This document shows positions 52,201 through 61,200 of a stretch of 64,000 nt of DNA, one piece after another. Source of the DNA: Tubiluchus corallicola (taxonomy: Eukaryota > Animalia > Priapulida); assembly GCA_030141605.1 (NCBI GenBank), contig JAQGDQ010000055.1, positions 124,001 through 188,000 of the forward strand, given 5' to 3'. The notes beneath the pieces are model-generated. The model saw only the letters and a list, made by a program, of their open reading frames with translations. It made no database searches and had not been told where the DNA came from. The translations under genes and the position numbers were made by a program. Each line of letters begins with the position of its first letter. The stretch's first letter is position 1.

Positions 52201-55200
52201 TTTATTATGCATTGGTGTCCTCCGCTTTTAGAGCAACTGTTTTGATCTGACTCTAATAAGAAATACATTTTTAAACATAATTGTGATAGACTCAAAATTG
52301 AGCATGATTCACTTTAAGGAAAACTGAAAATCATTTGACTTTTTAGTTTTTTTCTATATGCTTGCAGGGAAGTGTGGCTAGTTATATGATCTGGCAATTT
52401 GTTGTTTTATATATATTTGATGTTTTGACTTGTGGCTAATTTTACAGTTCCCACATTCAAGAAATTAGTTCGTTTAGTGGATTAGGATTAGGATTAGGGT
52501 TAGCATTAGGGTTAGAGTATTCGAACTATGTAGTGAATTGTAAACTCCTTCCGTACATATTTATTGCATTAGGTTTAACAGATTTAAATATTTTTTTAGG
52601 AAAAGATGACGATGATTGAAGAAACAGTAGAAGACATAGAAGCAAAGATTCCGGAAGCTGAAGAAACTTTAGATGAAGCCAGAAACTTGTTAGAGAATGC
52701 TACTACTCAGTACGAGGTACGTTCTTACGTTGACATAAACTTTTTTTACAAAACATCGCAGTCTTCTTCTGAAACTTGGACAGTAAATATCAAACCTTCA
52801 TGTCGACTCGAAAACATTTTTCTGTCTCCTGATGTGGTTCATGCTATCGTTAAGCGTAGTTTAGCTGATAGATAAATAGATGTATGTATGTAAAATGTTT
52901 TATCACATTTTAGGGTGTGGCTTCACTGAAGCCAGAATTAGATGGGCAGACAGAAGAACTTGGTGAAAAAGCCGATAGTCTGAATGACACCGTGCCTGAC
53001 TCTACAGTTGAGGAAGCTCAAGCTCGTGCAGATGAGCTGTCGGAACAAGCGCAGCAGCTGTCAGAGTCAGTCTTAATTAGATACCACGTTGCTTTTTACT
53101 TTAAAAGATTTTAGAAGTTTCTAGAGAACCTTTTTTGTTTCCGTCATTGCAAATTTCTATGTTTGTAAGCAGGCAATTTAGTAAAAATGCAAGAAGATGA
53201 GTACAAAAAAAGTACAAACTTCCAAGTGTCAGCAGTCAAATATTTAGTGAGGTAGTCAAATAAAAAACGAAATTAAATAAGAAATCATTTTGGTGTAGTG
53301 TATGCTGGTCAGTGTAAATTACACATTAATGCCGAGTGAGAATATAGCTGAATAGCCACAGTGTGTGTGTGTGTGTGTGTTTTCAGCTATGAAGTTAAGC
53401 AGCAAATGGGTAGCTAGTAAATGGATGTTGATCAGACGGAAAACAGCTTCAGATTAGTTTCAAACTTTGACACTGTACTCACTGCACTGATTATTTTCTC
53501 ATTAAACGACTTGTAAGAGCATAGCTAAGCCATGTCTTAGACCTGGTTTAGATCTAATTTTAATGGTTTTTACTGTTTTAGTGATTAGTGAAGTACCAGT
53601 ACTGCCACACCTGTCTGTTAAGTGTTAGATGATTGCTTGCAGCGTGTTAGAAATGTTAGCAAATTTTTGTTATTGTTATACAATCAAGAAGAAAAAACTT
53701 TTCTTTGTAAAAATTGAACTGTGAAACCATTACTTATTACACTTGATTGACTGTTTCTGGATTTTTTGGTAATTTGTTGTTCTATTTAGGTTGTCAGCAA
53801 AAGCTACTGATCCAGCTAGTGATGCTATCAAAGCTGCAGAAGCAAACTTGGACATTGTGGCAACAATTGAAGCAGCGATGCTTGCTGCTGATGAGGGAAT
53901 TGCGTCTTCACAGAACGCGACCGCACTTTCTGATGGATTATCGGAAGAAGCTGAGGTGAGACATGGAGTTTTTTTATGATTCCAAAAGTAAAGGACCAAA
54001 GTGTGTTGGACAAACAGACTACCTTCTTTATCATGGCTTTACACATTTTCTTTTGTTTTATGCCAGGCCATTATAAGATGTAATTTGCCGTTTTCTGACA
54101 ACTTAAACATGAATGAAAAAACGCGATCTGAGACTCACACATGACACAGTTCTTGCACGGCATAAATTTTGTTAGAACAAGCTTATGTTGTATTTACTTG
54201 GAAAACGTGCAGTTGTATCATGCAGCAGAATCTTCGTGGTGAAATATGTATGTTCAGCACTTGAATTACAAAAAATAGATCCAAAAGCAATTGTGGGCAG
54301 CTGATTTTTTGTTACTAGCATTTTTTTTTATAATTTGTCAATACAACAGAAATGAAACGGTGCTTTACTTTAACTCATAATTCCTTGTTGAAACAAATCA
54401 TATGTCCTTAAGTGGAAAAGTGGGAGTCAAAATTTCATCAAGTGGTTAGTGTTTAACATTTTCACTGCATAGTTGCTTTTTAACTGGGTCACGTTGACTT
54501 TTGCACATTTGATATTAGCTTCTTGTGGTGTGTTACTAAAACAGAATCTTGTAAATAAACAAATACTTGTTCGTTATTGAGTACTAACATTAAATATTAG
54601 TTTTATTTCTACACGTGCACACACACAAACGAGCACACATACCTGCACACACACACACGTGCACACTTGCACACCCTCATAAGTAAGCATGTGTTTATAT
54701 TTAGAAGCCAGTTTTCACAAAAGGCACAATACTAATCCATAATATGCAATCATTTTATAAGAATGCAGAACAATCAACTAAACATAACACGTAGGTGGAA
54801 GGGTGCCACCTTCTGTAGTGAAAGTTAAGCAAGGCCTTACTTTGCTAGTAATGCAGCTAGTTTCCTTACACGGTACTGACTCTGTAGTACTCTAATCTGT
54901 TGAACAGTGTCACTGTCTGATTTGGAAGTGTGTTTTTCAGTAACAAATAATTTCATTTATTAATACATTGTGTTTTTAGGAATCAAATGCCCGTAGCAGC
55001 AACTTGCTGGCAAATGCTACAGACGTGCAGGAAAGGGCCAATAGTGGATTCAGTGACAAAGTAAAAAATGCAAATAATGAACTGGATCAAGTAGAGAAAA
55101 CTTACACAGAACTAAGTCCAACAATGGAAGACATAAAGAGCACAACTGCTACCTTTGAATCGGGTAAATTGTGCAATTTTTTTGAATGGAAACCTTCTAA

Positions 55201-58200
55201 CAACTTAGCAAATGCTTTCAAAAAACAAATATTAATATGTAACCGATTGATATGTGTAATAACATTTAGATTTCTAGTCTTTTTTTGCATATTTTGCAAA
55301 CACATGAAACATGGATTTTTACATCAATTTTTCTTCTTTATTGTCACTGTGAGAATATATCAAGTGAGGAGTTGTTTTGTTGCTTATTGTCATCACCTAT
55401 TAAACCCAACTTGTTAACATCTTGCAATAGTCTTATAAGTCATCATTTCATCATCTTGTTATTTTGATATAAACAGTATGAAAACTGTTAAAGATTCATT
55501 TATGTCTCTTAACCTTAAAGTCATTCATACTTCGATAAAAAATATATTGAAAAGCTCTGCTTCAGTTTTTTAACTATAATTTTCTCCTAAAAAGCAAAAA
55601 AGCGCAAACGTACAATGTACATTTTCAAAGCCGGTGTGCAATTAATGGATAAAATACCCAAGTCTTAAACCTTACGATGTGGCAAGATAATACCATCATG
55701 AACACACTTCTAGGCCATTGCACTTGAAGAATGTAGTGAGGGTTTAGCCTCGCTTAAAGACTACCCGTTTAGCGAAGTTTTGATTTAACAATGCTGATCA
55801 TTTGACATCATTTTTCACTTAACGACGCACATTTCACTTTAACGACAATTTTTTTGTTTTACTCAAGGCAAATTTTTATTTTATCAATAACGTTTTTACC
55901 TGATTTGGTGCTTTAAAACAACATCTTGCATTGTTGTGTTCTAAAAACACACTAGTGATGTAAACAATGCATTTATCATACATATTTTTGCTTCCTGACT
56001 GACTATTGACGCTCGAGTGATCAGCGAGTAAACTTATGCAAGGCATTTTGCCTGCAACCTGTTGCTATAGCAACCAAATTAAGTATGTAGATAAAATTCC
56101 CAGGGTCGACCCAGAGCTTGGCTTTGACTCTGCACTGTTTATTGTTTAACCGCTGACTAGGCTTAAACGTTAATAAACGAGAAGCCGCTATAGCTAGGTA
56201 TGGACAAGTAAAATATATATATAAGTGGTTTCAGTCAAGCAGAAAGACATTAATCATCAGACATATGAATTGAACTCATAGAATGTTAAACTTATGTGAT
56301 TTAAGCAGTATTAATTTTTGTTTCTGCAATGTATCTCAATTTTTTTACATTATGTTCTATGGAGATTTTGTCTTTGTTTAACGACATTTCGCTTAATGTC
56401 GCATTTTGCTGGAACACATTAGCATCGTTAAGTGAAGACTTATTGTACTCAAGTTACATGGTTACTGAATGGTTTAAGTCGTATTTTTGTGCTTTAGACG
56501 AAGTAACAAAGCAAGCTAATGAAGCTGATGCTACCTCCAGCAAAGCTTTCGAGCAACTGAATGAAACGACAAACAATATCCACGATACTGTCGATGAGGT
56601 ACCAGCAGAGAAGGAAAGAGCAGAAAAGATTACCAAGGAGATAACTGAAGCTGACATTGCCGTTGCTCGTGCCAAAGTGCAAGGTGAGATGTTTGTTTTT
56701 TGCTTGTGTCTTATTTGGTTGACTTTTATTCGCTTTAAACTGTGCTGCCATCTCCACACATGCTATCCCGTATGCTGAATTGCCCTGTTGCAATTTCATA
56801 GACACTATTTTGTGATGTGATATCCAGTTTGCTAAGTTGCCAACTTTATATATTTGTTGATAAATTTATTAATATATGCTTTCTTAAATCACTGTACACT
56901 TTAATTTCTAATTTTCTTTTTAATTTTTTTTCTAATCTCAGCAGGCTCTTACGTGAATCAAACGAGACCCTTTGGCAATTCTTTTCATTTATTTTTTAAC
57001 TGGAACTTGGTTGCTATGGTGATGACAGTAATATTAGACAGTAAGGTGCAAAATCAGCCTTAGCTGAGGTCCTTCGATCACCAACTGAAGTTCAGCAGAA
57101 ATTCGGAGCACCATATGGACCACACTATTAACAATGTAGTTTTGCAGCAAAGTGCAGAGCTGTGAGAGACTTTTTAAGTCAAAGTTGCCCGACTTGCCAT
57201 TGGATTGGGCTCTTAAGCTCTTAAGGTCTCTGAAGAAGGTAGCAAAAACAGCAAAGCCTACTGGTGCAGTAGTTCTTTTCAGATTTCTAACTTGCGACTA
57301 AAAGGATTGCTCGGGGTTTTAAGTCATCTGTGCCAATTTTCAAACATTTTGCTTTCTTTGGATAATTTTTCAATGGATAATTTGTTTTCAGTTGACCAGG
57401 TAAAGAGGATAGTTCCGGAATCGGAAGTTATCATCGATGACATCTGGATGCGGAAGGAAGTGGTGGTACAGCTAGGAAAAGATCTTGCTGATAAAATAGC
57501 TCAGCTAAGAGACAAGGTTGATATGGCTCGCGAGAAAGCTAACAGCATCAAAGTCGGAATGAAGTACGATCTGTTGTTAATTTAATGAAGAAATATCAAA
57601 CTCGTACTTTCTTTTGTGGTAAATGAATTGAATTAAGTTGTATTGAGTAACAAAAACTTTTGGTAACATGATACTTGTGTTATAAACTTTTCAAAACATT
57701 TCCAACTTTTGTCAATATGTATCAAGTGGCACAGAAAAGATGCGCTGAAGTTTAGACTGCAATAATATTAGCAGTAAGTGTTCTGCAGAAATGAAATTTA
57801 ATAGTATGGTATTAAAATGCATTAGCTTTTGGCTGCGAAAGTTACAAGTTCATAGTTTTAAAGCAAAACCAAACCCAGTATTAAACTGTAGGTCAAAACA
57901 ACCCATTCTTTAAAATATTGAAACGAAACATACTATTTTTTAAAGAATGACTTACATAAAACAATTATTACCACTCAAATGCAATTTCGCATTTCGCGCC
58001 GTTACATGCATTTCGTCATTTGCTAGTTGGACAGGCACTAGCGCCTGCATTTCGGAAAGTGTTGCACATAAAACAGGTGTTGTACCTCTCAGTCCAGATG
58101 TGTTGGTTTGTGATGAACTGCACGTGTTCGACAGCTCATGCGTGAGTACAGCGGTAAATGTGCAATTTGAATTTTTATCTTAAAACTTGCCGGATTTTAT

Positions 58201-61200
58201 TACAACAGACCGAATCTCTTTCAGTAGCACTACACTTCAATTTTCCCTTTCGCAAATACGTGCAACACACCTATGAAATGCTTTTGATTTTGAAAATCAT
58301 GTTTGTTTGTGATGTCATCACTAGTTGGGCTCTCCCAACGTTAATTAAGATTTTAATCTATTATTTAATGATCAGAAACACTTTTACAGTATTATTGATG
58401 TTAAAATGTATACTTTTTATTGGACTTGAAAATGAGGCAGTATAGGAAAAATCATCCTGTATTCCTTTAAATTATGGATGAAAAGCTTTTACATGTTAAA
58501 CATTTAAATGCCAGAACAACGTGAGTTAATCATCAGTTGAAAATAGCCACGTTGTTGTATAAACAATAAATGGCATCAATTAATAAAGAAATAATTCAGT
58601 TAGGTTGTAGTCTTTACCAAAAAAACTAAAGCACTGATAAAAATTTGGTACCAAGAGAAATATAGGTCTTCATCATCTAGCTACAGTATCTGGAATTCAC
58701 TTGAAGAGAAGGCGTATGACGACCATATAGGGCCATTTGCTGAGGCGAAATTGTTGACTGCTGGTACCAAACACCCCTTAAAGAAATAAGAAACTATATC
58801 AGCTGTTGGAACAAATGCTTTCATCTAGTTTACGGTGAAAATGGTGGACACATAGTGCACTTGCTGTAAATTTTAACAATAGTGACACTGGAAATTTTCC
58901 AGCATTTATTTTTTTTGAGTCATTTATTAAAAATTCTGTTCTGTAAAAATATAAAAAAACGACCTAAAATTTTTGAAATTTATAATAGTAAGACATAAGT
59001 ATATGCCATATGAGTGTATCGATTTTCAAGAGATTCGATTATCTTCTTATAATATCATAATCAAAACGTTGGTGCAGTTTTTGCTCCACCTGATATAAGC
59101 TGCAGAAAATTGGAACCTTAGCTAAAGAACATAAGAAAACTAGCAATAAAAGCAGAGTGATGAAATGTTTCATTTCAAACTTGATTAATCTAATAATGCT
59201 TTTTGAATACTTCTCCATTACAGGTTCTTTGCAAACACCACATTGGAAGTGAGCAATCCTGAGCAGTTGGTTGAGTCTGTCACCCACAGTCAGGTCAGCA
59301 TGTATTTCAAGTCAGCTGAAAGCAATGCTTTATTGGTCTACATTGGCAACGAGGCTTCAGAGGCAAGGGTAAGAATGCTTTATTGTGTATACAGGTAAAG
59401 ATTATAATATTTGGTTTTATGTTAAAGCACAAGAAAATCCTTTACTTACATAAAGCTTGAAAATTTGTCTCGAAATTTTGTATCACCTACATAATGCCTG
59501 ATTAGCAACAACGCTGTATAAAATTTGAGCATTTAAATTGCCCGTTAGTTACAATCATTTTGAATGTAAGTCATTTGAAACAAGTTTAGATAACATTGCG
59601 TAAAGTTTGAAAAAGTCATCAGAGCATTCGTACTACATGCCTCACTAACTGAGTAAAATGTTAAATTACTGTATCTTGTCAATATGGTTAAAAATACGTT
59701 TTTTTAGTGAGTCAGTGGTGCACACTGGGAAGGTGAGTCAGTGACATCTTATCAGTAGGCATTTTTTAAATTACTAAGAATTTTATTTTTTAGTTACTTA
59801 AGTTTTTCTAGCAAGCAAGCATAAAGCTAAGTAATATATAACATTGTGTCATGGTTTTTTGGGACATACTTGAAAATTGCCTTTTCTTCCCCCTTCAGAT
59901 AACAATTATCAGTTTCAGATAACAATTTTTGTGAGGTTTAATCAGGACATTGTTTATTTTGCGAGATTTAGGCAGGACATGTTTATTTTGCAGAGGTTTA
60001 AGCGGGAGGCTGGAGTGATAACTAACGACTTCATGTCCATTGAGATCATCAACGGTAAATGTGTGCTGAAGTATGAACTAGGATCAGGCGTAACTGAAGT
60101 CATCAATGACAAACTGGTCAATGACAATCAATGGCATTTAGTTGTAGCTGAAAGGTAACCTCATTTCTACTGTCTGCTTGCTTCTCTATTCTGCAGAAAA
60201 GAGACGTAAATGCTGATATTGCTTGTATTTTTCTCTCTAGCAAGAGTAATTTTTGATTGAAGAAATTTTCTTGATACACTTATAAAACACTTCTCAGTAG
60301 ATTTTGGCAATTTTTTTCTATTTTGGACTGATTTGGTTCAGCACGGTTTGCCATTGTAACTGGTTCACTTCAGTAAGCAGCTGTCTGATATTTTTTTGAA
60401 GGTTCCTAAAACAATTGATCATCTTTCTTTTTCTTTTGAAGAATTAATTCTGCTTCATTGTATAAAGGTAAAACAATTGTTTTTTGTTTCACTTTTTGGC
60501 TTGGAAATAGTGGACAGCAGGAAAAGCATTTTGCTGTGGAATTACACTAATTCACAAGGTTTTATCAGCCTGCCATTAAGGTTCGATACAGCTTGGACAT
60601 GCAGAGTTTTCAATTTATGTTTACCATGTGATAATTTTCTTAACAAGACTTATCTTATCTGGTATGTTTAGAAATGGTAAAATGGCTACATTAACCGTTC
60701 ACACCGAAGATGAGCCGGAAGTGACCGTAGAAGGAGCTTCGGAGGGGCAGTTTACTTCTCTTAATTTTAACCTCGATACTGCTCACATGTACGTAGGTGG
60801 TGCTCCAGCGGATGCAAAACTACAGAGAGAGGTTAGCTGGCGGTTTTTCCTATTTTAAGACATCGATAACATGCACAATTTTACCAAGTTGTTGCCTTTC
60901 AAACAATTGTTTTAATTTTGCAAAAACCTGTTAAAGACCAGCATGAAATAATGACATTTACTTCTGTGCATTTCAGTTGGTAAATCGAAGGTTTGTTGGC
61001 TGCGTTGAAGGTGTTTCTTACAACAATGAGCCCGTTGGACTGTGGAATTTCAGACGAGCTGAAAATATAGACGGCTGTATGGAAAGGTACGTCTTGCATG
61101 AGATGTCAGACTAGCACGAAAAGCATCCTTGAAAATTTGTCTCATAGTCGTGGCTTGAAAGTTAAACATAGCAAGACCTGTTTAGTAGTTTGTACTGATT

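Noticed and set aside
52479-52516. Telomere-like TTAGG/TTAGGG run
   Set aside because: Only about six degenerate units; too short to call an interstitial telomere or infer the taxon
38354-58445. Recurrent similar ORFs (e.g. HVQHARGIFLLxKIML)
   Set aside because: Chance frames in copies of the non-coding MITE family A; not kept open between copies
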